This document shows positions 52,899-64,000 of a DNA stretch of 64,000 nt, piece by piece (within the stretch, counting starts at the first letter, position 1; each line of letters begins with the position of its first letter). Under the pieces are notes generated by a model. That model did not search any database, had not been told where the DNA came from, and was given only the letters and a program-made list of their open reading frames with translations. The stretch comes from the human T2T-CHM13v2.0 reference genome, Homo sapiens, in the NCBI RefSeq assembly GCF_009914755.1, contig NC_060928.1. The stretch is one strand, 5' to 3'. The position numbers were made by a program, and so were the translations under genes.

Positions 52899-53263
52899 TC
52901 TGCTTTGTCAGCTCAGACTGCTATAACAAAATACCATAGACTGGGTGGCTTAAACAACACAAATCAATTTCTTACAGTTCTGGAAACTGAGAAGTCCAAG
53001 ATCAAGATACAGGCAGATCCAGTTCTTGGTAAAGTCCCGCTTCCTGACTTGCAGACGGTTATCTTTTTGATGTATCCTCACATGGTAGAGAGGAAGCTCT
53101 GGTCTCTTTCTCTTAATAAGGATACTAATCTCACCTTGGAGGGCCCATATCAATGTCTTATCTAAATAGAATTACCTCCCAAAGGCCCTAAAAACCATCA
53201 CAGTGGAGGTTAGAGCTTCAACATATGAATTTTAGAAAGACGCAAACATTTAGTCCATACCCA
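52899..53263 (-). mobile_element. MaLR LTR (MLT1A-like), antisense
   Basis: ctgctataacaaaataccatagactgggtggcttaaacaac...cagttctggaaactgagaagtccaagatcaag...ttcaacatatgaatttt. Confidence 0.85.
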
Positions 53264-53312
53264 GGTCCCTGAGATGTCTCAGAATTTGGGTTAGGAAAGC
53301 TACTTGACATAC

Positions 53313-53790
53313 TGAATTAGTATCCTACTGCTGCTGTGACAAATTGTTATAATCTTAGTGACTTAAAAAAAAACAGAATTTTTTTAGCTTATAGATCTAG
53401 AGATCAGAATTCCAAATATCTAAGTGTCAGCATGGCTGCTTTCCTTCTAGAGGTTCCAAGAGGTCTATTTCCTTTCCTTTTGCAGCATCCAGAGGCCCTC
53501 TGCCTTCCTTGGCTCATGGCCTCTTCTTGGCGTCATTGTGACCTCGGCTTCCATCATCAGACCTGCTTCTCTTACTTTGTCACTCCTGACTCTCCCTTAT
53601 AAGAACTGTTGTGATTAAATTGGGCCCACTCAGAATTCAGGATAATCTTTGCATATCAATGTCCTTGACTTAATCACATATGCAAAGTACCTTTTGCTTT
53701 ATAAGGTGACATAGTCACAGGCTCTGAGGATTAGGATATGGACATCTTGTCAGGGAAGACGTGTGGGGGTGGGAATTATTCTATCCACCA
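53313..53790 (-). mobile_element. MaLR LTR (MLT1C/D-like), antisense
   Basis: ctgctgctgtgacaaatt...gccttccttggctcatggcctc...ttgggcccactcagaattcaggataatct...taatcacatatgcaaagtacc. Confidence 0.75.
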
Positions 53791-54383
53791 TGGCATGCCT
53801 AGCGGTTACATAGGTAAGAGAATCCACATAAACCTCAGGACTCCCTAACTCAGTTTATTCCACCATTCCATTTTTTTCTTTTTAATGTGTAAAAACCCCT
53901 GGCTTCACTAAAATCAGCTTTACCTAGGATCAGACTAAAGAAACCGCAGATTTCCATTACAGGCCAAAAAAGTAGGTCTAAATCGCCTTAGAAATTATGA
54001 GCAACTTTTTTATTTCTCTCTTGGCAGGAATGAAAATGAAAGTAACAGATTGCAAGGAAGAAATAAGAGCAGTTCAATAAACAGAATGCACATTATTTTG
54101 GTAGACAGAATATAAAAACATACCTCAGGGTTGATTTTCATTTACTTCAGATAATAGAGTAGAACACATCTGGGGCTGCTTTGTTCTGCTGGCTTTGGTT
54201 CCTGTCTGTGGGACTGGAGTCACAAAAGAGGACGGGATCAGAAAACCATGGCTTAAATTATCTATGATGCCAGGATTGGATTTAAGCAAGTTATTTTATC
54301 GAAAACACAGCATATGTGAAAATGGATTATTTACATTTTTATAAACAGGATGCTTAAATGAATGATAAAAGTCACACTTACGG

Positions 54384-54750
54384 TGTATGTTCATCCGTTT
54401 TTACACTGCTGATAAAGACATACTCAAGACTGGGTAATTTATAAAGAGAAAGAAGGCTTAATGGACTCACAGTGCCACACGGCTGAGGAGGCCTCACAAT
54501 TATGGCAAAAGGCAAAAGGCACATCTGACATGGCAGCAGACAAAAGAAAGAATAAGAACCAAGCCAAAGGGGTTTCCCCTTATAAAACCATCAGATCTGG
54601 TGAGACTTACTCACTACCATGAGAACAGTATGGGGGAAACTGCCCCCGTGATTCAATTATCTCCCACAGGGTCCCTCCCACAACAGGTGGGAATTATGGG
54701 AGCTGCAATTCAAGACGAGATTTGTGTGGAGACACAGCCAAACCATATCA
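54384..54750 (-). mobile_element. THE1B-like MaLR solo LTR, antisense
   Basis: ctgctgataaagacatactcaagactgggtaatttata...gagacacagccaaaccatatca. Confidence 0.9.
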
Positions 54751-56063
54751 CCATGTATCAATCACTGTAATATGTCCTTTATAGATATCATCACATTTAA
54801 TCTCTGTAATTGCTTTATTTTCAGGAGAGAAAACTAAGGTTTAGAGACGTTCAGCAATTTGTCCACAGCAGGGCCAAAAGCTAGAATACCATTATGAGTA
54901 CCACTCATGCTCTTATCTCCTTTGTGGTATTTTCTTATTTTAAGAATGTTTAAAATTCATATAATTCAAATAGAGAACCTGATAATAAAGACAGAAAATT
55001 AAATGTACATTATATATTACTATACATGAAATGCTTTCGTAAGTGTTAACTCTTTTGATCCTTACCAAAAACCCTACAAAACCCTATATAAGTTGCTATT
55101 TGTATTACCTTATTTTTACAGACAAGAAAAGTAAAGTTTAGGGAAATGATGTGAATTCTCCCAATTTACATATCTATAATGTTGCAGATATTTATCTTCT
55201 AATTTCTTTCCACTCTACTAGGTGTTATAACAAAAAACACCAACTGTTGATTCTCGTGACACGTAAAGGAAAAAAAAAATGATATCTTCAGGAAAGAGTT
55301 GTGGGTTTGGGTTAGGTGATCTGCAATGGGTCAATGAGGCAAGTGAAGACCCTGATTAATGTGTGAGCCCCTCACTGCTCTGGGCTGCAGGTCCTCATGT
55401 GCAAACACAGCAACATACTATCTACCTGATAGAAAACCATAAGGAATAACCCCTGTGAAAGTACTTTGTAAACCACAAAGGTTATTTAGAGGTAAGGTCT
55501 CCTGTTTTTTGTTTTTGTTTTAACTACAAAGCATTAGAATCATTCCACTGGAACAAATATTGCTTTACTTTCCAATTTTTTCAATAGGGTATTGATGCTT
55601 CTCAAGTGAAGTATCATTAATGGTTCCTTAAATGTGGCCAAACCAGTTTAAGTATTTTTGTTTCCATATTTTAGGTTGATATTTTGATGTTTTTTGTCAC
55701 ATGGGGGAACTATCATGTGGAGACACTGTAAGTCATAGTTAAAGATCCTTCAAAATATATTCTAAATGGCATTTTATTACAGATGTATGTTTTATAAGCA
55801 TACCAGTAAATACACTCAATGCAATTCTTTTGCTTCAAATGTCAATAAAACTTAGTAAGATTTTAATACATTAGCATAAGCTAATTTTAACTTTTTATGT
55901 TGCTGATGAAGCACCCATTCAGGAAAAAAAAAGCTCATGCTTTATGTAAACATATTAATGGACAATTTATCTCCTTTTCATTATTTTTACTCATGCTATA
56001 TTTGTTAGAAAACTGATAATATAGTTGTATGTTATGAATCTAGTTAGATTTGGATTTTATTTT

Positions 56064-56084
56064 CAACAACAACAACAACAACAA
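56064..56084. repeat. (CAA)7 microsatellite
   Basis: Direct reading. Confidence 0.85.
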
Positions 56085-58226
56085 AACCAGTAATCTGAAC
56101 ATGAAAAGTCGATGTAGGCAAGAGATTTTCTTGCAGATTGTCAGTTGTCACTCAATGTTTCATATGTGAGTCCTTGGCTTATTGTTACTAACTCCAAACA
56201 ATCGGTAACAGAGTTATGTAGTCCTTTAAATTTTACAAGAAGCTTTCAAAGATGTCTCATTTGATCCTCTTAGTATCTTAGTTGAGCAAGGTGGGCCAGG
56301 CAATGCTATCACCATTATAAAATGGGAAGTTCCAGGCTCAGACAGGTTGAATTGCCAAGCAAGTAACTGACAAGGGTGATCTAGATCTTTTAGTTTGACA
56401 TGGTGCAGCTCTTTTCACTATGCATTCACTGTCAGTGGACATATTACATTTATATAAGGTGGACAAAAGGGGTTTAGTTTCATTAATCATTGACTTCAAA
56501 CACAGCAATAACAACCACCACCTCAAAAACAATATTAACTAACAGTTTGTGAGGACTTAACATTTTGCAATCATTGCTTTAAGCATCACACTTGCAAACC
56601 TGTGGGGTAGGTAATATTTTTAACCTTCTCAGCACTGGAGTATATTGATCTGTTATTTTTCCTGTTTTACAAGTGAGGAAACTGTAGTTCAAATACATTA
56701 AGTAATTTGTCCAATGGTTGAAAACAGGCAGTCTGACTAAAGAATCTGTACAATTAACTCCTACACTAAACTGTCCCCATAGCTAATTTTTGTTTTTTAA
56801 ATCAAATAAAGTTACAAAAAGAAGCAACCAAATATTTTAATTAGTGGCTCTTATTCCCTGCTATTTTCTATTTATATCTATAATAATAAGTAGTTTCAAC
56901 ATAGACTAGAGAAGAACATTATTTTAATATAGTATCTAGAGGCTTTTGAGAGTTATGGACAGCTTTTGAAATCTAGATTCCAACTTCCACTGGGCGAGAC
57001 TATGGGAAAGAAAGTATATTTAGCTCTACTTTGATGGGAATCTTAATATCCTCCACACTTTCTGAGGACAACAATTCATAACTTTACTAATTATACTTCT
57101 TGGCTAAGATTTTAAGTTTTCACTGTTCCCCAACAAGTTCATAAAGAGATTTCCAGATATAGGAAAATATCATTGACTAAATGACCTCCAAAATACCTTT
57201 CAGTGCTCAAAGTCAATCAATCTTTGACATAATCATGTTAGATCTATCCTTACTAAACTAAAAAAAAAGATTAAGATAATCTCTCCCAGCCATGTACAAG
57301 CTTAGGCTGTAAAGAAGATGAAAACAAGTTAGTTTTTATTTTAATCAATTTGACTTCAGAAGCAAAACTTTATAGCTCAATCTGGTATTCATAAGCTTTT
57401 CTTGAAAATGAAACATATTTTTATTTAATTTCATATACTCCCAGTATGTTATAGTGATGTGTTGATTTAACTTAATGCTTTTACTTATTATAACATTGAT
57501 ACTAAGCATCATCTTTAATTCTCTTTTAATTTCTTTTAATTTTCATACATAATTGTTTAAACCTTATAAATAAATGGATATACATATATATGTATGCATG
57601 ACTAATGTTTTTTGTTTATAAGTTCTGATGGCAAGGTAAATATTAAAAGAATTTGATGTAGAAAAAAGTAATTTAAAAAGTGCTTCTTTTAATATTCAAT
57701 ACTACCTTTTTCATATGACAAAACTTACAGTTCATTGGCAAGTTAACAATAAATCTGAATGTCACTTCTTTAGGAATCTGAATTCTTGGATCTCTCTTTG
57801 TTCTATTGATCTAGAATCACATCACCGAATGTGTCATTTAGAATTTGCTTTTCTCTTTGCTTGTAAGTATTCTGAATTCCTTGCTTGAAGTATTGAGTGA
57901 CTATATTAGCAAAAATAATGACAACAGATGTGATTATTGTGCGACTAACCAAGACCAGCAGCAGAAGCTTCACAAAGAATCAATATTCGGCTCTTAGCCA
58001 CAGAGATTAAAGAGGCACATGAATATAAAGCAAATCATTGTATAAGAAATAGTTGAAATGAAATGACATGCTGCTCCATAAAATGATCTAAAAATGGAAG
58101 CCACAGAAAAAACTGGCAAAACACCAGAGCTTTGACAAACACATGCACAGACCTGGGAACACCCCCAAATATATATGTATCTTCCTTTATCCTTAATCAA
58201 AGGTTTCTAATTTTCACATTAACTAG

Positions 58227-58558
<332 letters not shown>

Positions 58559-59428
58559 GATTACAATACTTTTAATACTTAACTTACCAAAGTAATTTAT
58601 TTTTATTCGCTGAAAATGTGAGTCACTTCAGCTGACATTTCTGAAAGCCACATATTGCCTTTTTACTTATTGTTCATTCATTAGACTGAACTTCATGTTG
58701 ATTTTAGGGCTGGCTAAGCCATTCCCTAAGCTCTTCTTTTTCATCTTTAACTGATCCTCCTCAGCTTGGGGCATACATACAAGAATGCAATGCATTGTTC
58801 AGAGAATATAGCATAATCTACTTCCTGATATGATTCCTATGCTACTTGGCCAGCAGTGATGACAACAGGTAGGGAGCTTTTATAGAAGAATGGTGACCCC
58901 TCTTTTGAGATCCTCTACAGCTGGCAGGCATCCTTCTGTCCCTGAACATCACAGCCTGTGTAATATCTTGTAGGCCAAACAAAAGTCAGTAAATGTTTAG
59001 TGTCTAGAACTTCTTTTAGATTCAGAATGAATATAAGACAATTGGAAAATAAAACAGTAAAAACATTCACAAATGCAAAAATGTGTTGGACAAAAACAAC
59101 AACAAGTGCAAAAAGTTATTGGACAAAAGGGAAAGTGAGGGTAGAAGAACTGAAATAGAGAGAAAGAGACAGAGAGAAAGGGACATTGGCAGAAATGCTC
59201 ATTATTCATTTCCTCTCATATCTTTCTCTAAGTGAGCTTTCCTCATTTTTCATTCCCAGAGAACAATTCAATCTCCTTATCTTTTGCCTATGTAAAGTTT
59301 AAGGTGGAGGACACCACAACACACCGTAAACCAGAGAGCATGGGTCCATTGCTGCTCAAAGGTGAACAGATAAGAGACATAGTTTTTTTTTTTAAGTTTT
59401 TTTAGCAAGTTAAAAGTTATTTTATGTA

Positions 59429-60186
59429 TATTATTAAAAAGTCAAATAACAACAGATTCTGGCAAGGTTATAGAGAAAAGGGAACTCTTATATAGTGCTG
59501 GTGAGAATGTAAATTAGTTCAGCCATTGTGGAAAGCAGTTTGGTGATTTCGCAAAGAACTTAAAACAGAAACATCATTTGACCCAGCAATCTCATTATTG
59601 AGTATATACCCAAAGGAGTATAAATCATTCTACCATAAAGGCACATGCATGCATATACGTTCATCACAGCACTAGTCACATGGAATGAAATAAACTATTC
59701 ACAAAATGAATACTTGTGATATATGTGAATTAATATGTGAATTCACTATATGCAAAGACATGGACTCAATCTAGATGTCCATCAGTGGTAGACTGGATAG
59801 AGAATGTGGTACATATATACCATGGAATACTATGCAGACATCAAAAAGAATGAGATCATGTCCTTTGCATCAACATGGACGGAGCTGGAGACTATTATCC
59901 TATGTAAATTAACAGAAACAGAAAACCAAATACCACATGTTCTCACTTGCAAGTGGGAGCTAAACACGGAGTACACATGAACACAAAGAAGGGGACAAAG
60001 ACCACTGGGGCCTACTTGAGGATGGAAGGTGGGAAGAGGGTGAGGATCAAAAAACTATTTGTTGGGTACCATGCTTAGTGCTTGGGTGACAAAGTAATCT
60101 GTACACCAAACCCCCAAGACATGTAATTGGCCTATATAACAAACCTGCATATGTGCCCCTGAAACTAAAATAAAAGTTAAAAAAAA
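59429..60186 (+). mobile_element. 5'-truncated primate L1 (old L1PA/L1PB type) 3' end
   Basis: ORF2 C-terminal text (ttagttcagccattgtggaaagcag...gacccagcaatc...atggaatactatgcag) and 3'UTR ending aataaaagttaaaaaaaa. Confidence 0.88.
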
Positions 60187-61649
60187 TTCAGTTATGTAAC
60201 AGTAAAGAAAATTCATCTGTGTAGAAAAATAATCAAAAGATACAGAAAGTTATAAAAAGTAAGAGTCATGGCCATTCCAGCCACTGGTTCTAATTACAGA
60301 CGATAGCCATATCAACACTTCCTGTGTTTCCTCCCAAACCATTATTCTTACAGCAACATGTATGTGCCTGTGTTATTACCCACATAGCACCTTACTGTAT
60401 ACTAACTCTAAAAAATGGAAAATGATTACATTCTTGTGGTGTTTTGTAAACCTGACAATACTTTTCTGCATCATCATTTTCTAGTCACCCTCCTGCTTTT
60501 TCATGGTTGTTTAATGTGCCATTTTAATGGTTCAAAATTAGTGGTTAATTGTTGTTAAATAATGATTAATGTTTTAATAGTTGTTTAAAACAAGGTGTTA
60601 GATTGTATGAAAGGCTGTAATCTATTTACTCATTCCACCAATAATGGAAATTTTTAAAGTAATTTGTTGTTTTGTTTGTTTGCTACATGCCACTATTTCT
60701 GTATCAGTTTCCTTCATCATAGCTCTCTCGGTGCTGATGTCAGCACAATCTTATTGTTTTGACATTTTTCTCTAACCATATTGAGACTGTTCTCACAACA
60801 AAATATGCACATCTTAAAATACCATCTGGCTTCTCAGGTCCACTTGAGACTGGTGACCTCACTTTTGACCTTGCCCTAAAAGTCAACTGGAGTCCATATA
60901 CCTCAGGTACAAACAGCTTTAATAAGCTGCCACTTCCTGTTCCTCTCATCTTCTCTCTATGGCAGGACTCAGAGCATTAACTAACCTAAGGGCCTGGTAG
61001 AATGTAAGCTGGAGGTAGAGTAGTTAAAGTCTGTGCATTTTGTACTGGTCATTTTCCAGTTCGTCTGTTGCTAAGAAACAGCAACAGAGGCCCGCTCTAG
61101 AGGGTTACAAACTCCCTGGAATTATGGCTCCCGGACATGGTGTAGGGAAAGGTGTCCCACAGGGATCAAGCCTAGAATATCGCTGGATCTTGTACAGTTT
61201 AGTAAAGGGCAGGACTGGATTTAACATAACGTCCACCAAACTACATTACTGAAAATTTTTGGTGCTTCACTCAACTAGTCTCATTGACTAGAAGTGAAAA
61301 TATGTTTTTCTCAATATTACCAGCTTTAAATTTGCCATAAACTGTTGTGGGACCAAGCCACAGAGGAAATGTTTTTCCGCTAGACAAAGATAAGCATGAG
61401 GATGCCAGCAACAGAGGATATTCCTTTTAAGGTCTGTCCATTGCAAAGTACACACGTACACGCTCACACAACAAACACGCCCTGTTGCCTTTTGCTTGTG
61501 TTAACCACTGAGGGCAGATCTCTGAATAATAATACATTTAGTGGGTCCACAAGAGCTGCATTTCCTCTGCTCCAGAATTCATGCAAGGAGCACGGCTGGG
61601 GCTTCTCCACTGTCATTGTTATGGCCTCAAATGAAGGCCTTGTCACCAG

Positions 61650-61800
61650 GCGGGGGCGGGAAGGCACTGGAGCGCAGCAGCATTGAGAGCATCCGAATTC
61701 CCTCCTCTGTCCCTGATTGGTTGAAGAACTGGGGAGCACCGACCAGCCCCCTGCGGCTCGACTCGCCATTGGCTGGGAAGAGGTGGCAATCAGGGCGGGC
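61650..61800 (+). promoter_or_regulatory. GUCY1B1: TATA-less core promoter with GC boxes and inverted CCAAT (NF-Y) boxes
   Basis: GGGGCGGG 61653-61660; ctgATTGGtt 61716-61720; ccATTGGct 61768-61772; GCAATCAG plus GGGCGG 61786-61798. Confidence 0.75.
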
Positions 61801-61936
61801 CAAGGCGGCTGTTCTCGCTCCAGCTCGATGCTGCCTCCCCGGCCCGGTTGCGCTGTAGCCGCTGCCGCCTCTGCCTGGGTCCCTTCGGCCGTACCTCTGC
61901 GTGGGGGCTGCCTCCCCGGCTCCCGGTGCAGACACC

Positions 61937-61939
61937 ATG
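61937..61939 (+). CDS. GUCY1B1: GUCY1B1 exon 1 coding part (ATG only)
   Basis: gacaccATG|gtaagt: A at -3 and a consensus donor immediately after the start codon. Confidence 0.93.
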
Positions 61940-62582
61940 GTAAGTGCTCTCAGCCGGGTGCGGCCCGAACCTCACCCCTCCTCTGCCGGCCTGGCAGCGA
62001 GGGAACTGGCCGCGCAGCCGGAGCTTGGCTCGGGGGCCCTGGGCGCTCACTGCCGGCCACGGGAGCAGCCTCACTCCTTGCCCGCGCCCAGTCAGGGGAG
62101 GTGGGAACGCCGCGAGTCGTGGCGGGGGCGATCGGTGCCTTTGCTTCCCAGGCGGGTTTGCCGCTCCACACCGCAGCTTCCTGAGCTCGGGAAGGGGAGG
62201 TGCGGCGGAGGCGTGGGGTCTTCCCGGCTCTGGCCGGCCCCACCAGTGTGGGAGGCTGAGCGCCAGCGGAAGGGAAGGCTCCGGGTTCGCGTCCCCGCGC
62301 TGCCCCCGATGCCCAGCCTCTCCCGGAGCGGTGACAGGTGAGGAGGGTGGGAAGATAGCGTGGGGGTGGGGCGGATGGTGACGGGGAGAATCCACCAGGG
62401 ATTGGGGGGTTGCGCCCCCACGATCCGACTCCTTTAGTGCATAGTACCCCTAAGGGAGAGGAGTCAGGGGCGGGGTGAAAGGTTAAGCCAGCGCCATGGG
62501 AGCAGAGGCAGCAGCCTCGCCCCCAAGCCGCTTCTCAGGTACAGCGGGTCCCTGACGCTCAAGTCTCTCCCTGTCCCCGCAG

Positions 62583-62656
62583 TACGGATTTGTGAATCAC
62601 GCCCTGGAGTTGCTGGTGATCCGCAATTACGGCCCCGAGGTGTGGGAAGACATCAA
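62583..62656 (+). CDS. GUCY1B1: GUCY1B1 exon 2 (74 nt; [25 protein letters not shown]), start of the heme-binding H-NOX domain
   Basis: Branch-point-like ccctgAc (A 62555), pyrimidine tract and cag acceptor, AA|gtaagt donor; [13 protein letters not shown] is the sGC beta-1 N-terminus. The gene continues beyond the window. Confidence 0.97.
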
Positions 62657-64000
62657 GTAAGTGGCCGGCTACCCTGGCTGTGGCCCAGGTCGGCGCCCAG
62701 TGTGGGAGGCCCCCCGCGCCTCGCCTGGTCCTCAGCCTGCTGGCCGGGTCGCGGGCGCGCATCCTTGGAGGTGCCTCCGCGCCTCGCTCCCGGCTCGCTG
62801 CAGCTGCGCTCCCACGCTCCGGGACTGGAACCAGGAGGGGAGGGGCGGCTGGGGCGGGGCTGCGAGGGCGAGAACCGCGGAAAGGAGCCCCTAGGGGTCA
62901 CCACGGCTTCCCGACCCGGCCTGAGCGTGGGAACGCGCTGCCGGCGCTCCCAGGCTCAGCAGGCCGGGCAGCTCCCACGCGTGCAGAGCCCCGAGGGACC
63001 ACACGGGCCTCCGCGAGGTTCCTGCGCCCGGAGGCCTTAGAAACAAACGGAAGACTTTGGCTCCTTTATGATTTACACACCTGGCGTAAGTTAGGCCTTT
63101 TTGGTATGCTGAAACACGCGGGAGATTATTTCTTGAGCAACAGTGAATTAAGCTCATTTATTCATTTTTAAATAAAGTGAAAATTGGAAGTTTTTTGTTT
63201 TCCCCAAATCCCACTGCCCACCCCCCCCGCCCCAACCCCTATCCCCCGTTTTTTTCTACTGTGTTGAAGACTTACAGTTCTAGGAGGCATTCTACTTTCA
63301 GTCCTGGAGCTTTGAGCCCAGTACTGGGGATGTGAACGGAAATACCACACCCACCTGAGAGTTTAAACCTGTTGGAATGACTGATGGGTCAGCATGTCTG
63401 CAGGCAGGTTGACTATTTCACTCTAATAAAGTTGTCTCTCCTTTTTCCTCTCACTCTCAAAAAATTTGCATTTAACTTATGGTACAGCTGACCACCACCA
63501 ACTAGCTACTCCAAAACCCTATTTATGGATTTTCATATTAGAGCAACAGTCAGACTATCACATTGTAACAAAGGTGGAAGGAAGGGTTTCCTGGGTGGGC
63601 AGATGGGAATACACTGTTATTATTCACTCTGATTTCCTGTACTTAGTGATTTCATTTTGTTGTCTCAGGTAGGTGAGGCTTCCATGCTGTTTTTCCCTAA
63701 GCACATTACAATTATTAGCAATCAATTCTAACAGGCCTTATTATGCAGTTACATGATGGTGATTTCTCATAACGATCTGTTTCCATAGAAATGACCAGGG
63801 TTATATATTAAGCACGAAAATGTAACTTTTCTTTCCCCTGGATCTGTATCACTGAGCGTTTCTTTCATGTTTCAGAAACCATTTGTATTATCCACAGGGC
63901 ATATTACCTACATATTATAAACAGAAGCCGAGATTTGGCAAGTATGTGGTTGAATCCAATGAGAACATAGGCACCAAAAGTTACTTTAGGATTTGAATTT

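Larger units (their letters stand above)
61640..63040. promoter_or_regulatory. GUCY1B1: CpG island over the GUCY1B1 promoter, exon 1, intron 1 and exon 2
   Basis: Abrupt shift to very high GC and dense CpG relative to the AT-rich window. Confidence 0.92.

Noticed and set aside
62496-62582. Strong-context gcgccATGG in intron 1, in frame with exon 2 (possible alternative N-terminus)
   Set aside because: An in-frame TGA at 62553-62555, overlapping the branch-point motif, closes it after 19 codons; the nearby cttctcag acceptor at 62538 would be out of frame.
61396-63171. Many long overlapping ORFs (up to 201 aa) on both strands
   Set aside because: Stop-codon scarcity in the CpG island gives low-complexity P/R/G/A peptides; only the GUCY1B1 exons are supported.

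Overview
Mammalian (primate, most likely human) genomic DNA: AT-rich, with many Alu, L1, L2 and LTR repeats. The + strand carries the last seven coding exons of GUCY1A1 (soluble guanylate cyclase alpha-1; 6724-33028, all GT-AG, frame-continuous to the TAG stop) and a probable long (~6.8 kb) 3'UTR ending near 39.85 kb. A ~22 kb transposon-rich intergenic interval follows, then the CpG-island promoter and first two exons of GUCY1B1 (sGC beta-1; ATG 61937-61939, exon 2 62583-62656). The two subunits of the NO receptor are thus arranged head-to-tail. I found no new protein-coding system. The most notable unannotated structures are: (i) an ancient two-LTR LTR40/HERVL40-like provirus (40355-~49090) that keeps a gamma-type env TM remnant (ISD-like segment, CX6CC motif, membrane anchor) and hosts nested ERVL/MLT2, THE1, MLT1 and L1 insertions; (ii) an intronic LTR with an apparent G-to-A hypermutation signature; (iii) two Alus that reused one target site; (iv) inverted Alu pairs bracketing individual exons; (v) an out-of-frame upstream ATG whose ORF overlaps the GUCY1B1 start. 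Repeat subfamily names come from recalled consensus similarity and need RepeatMasker/Dfam confirmation.
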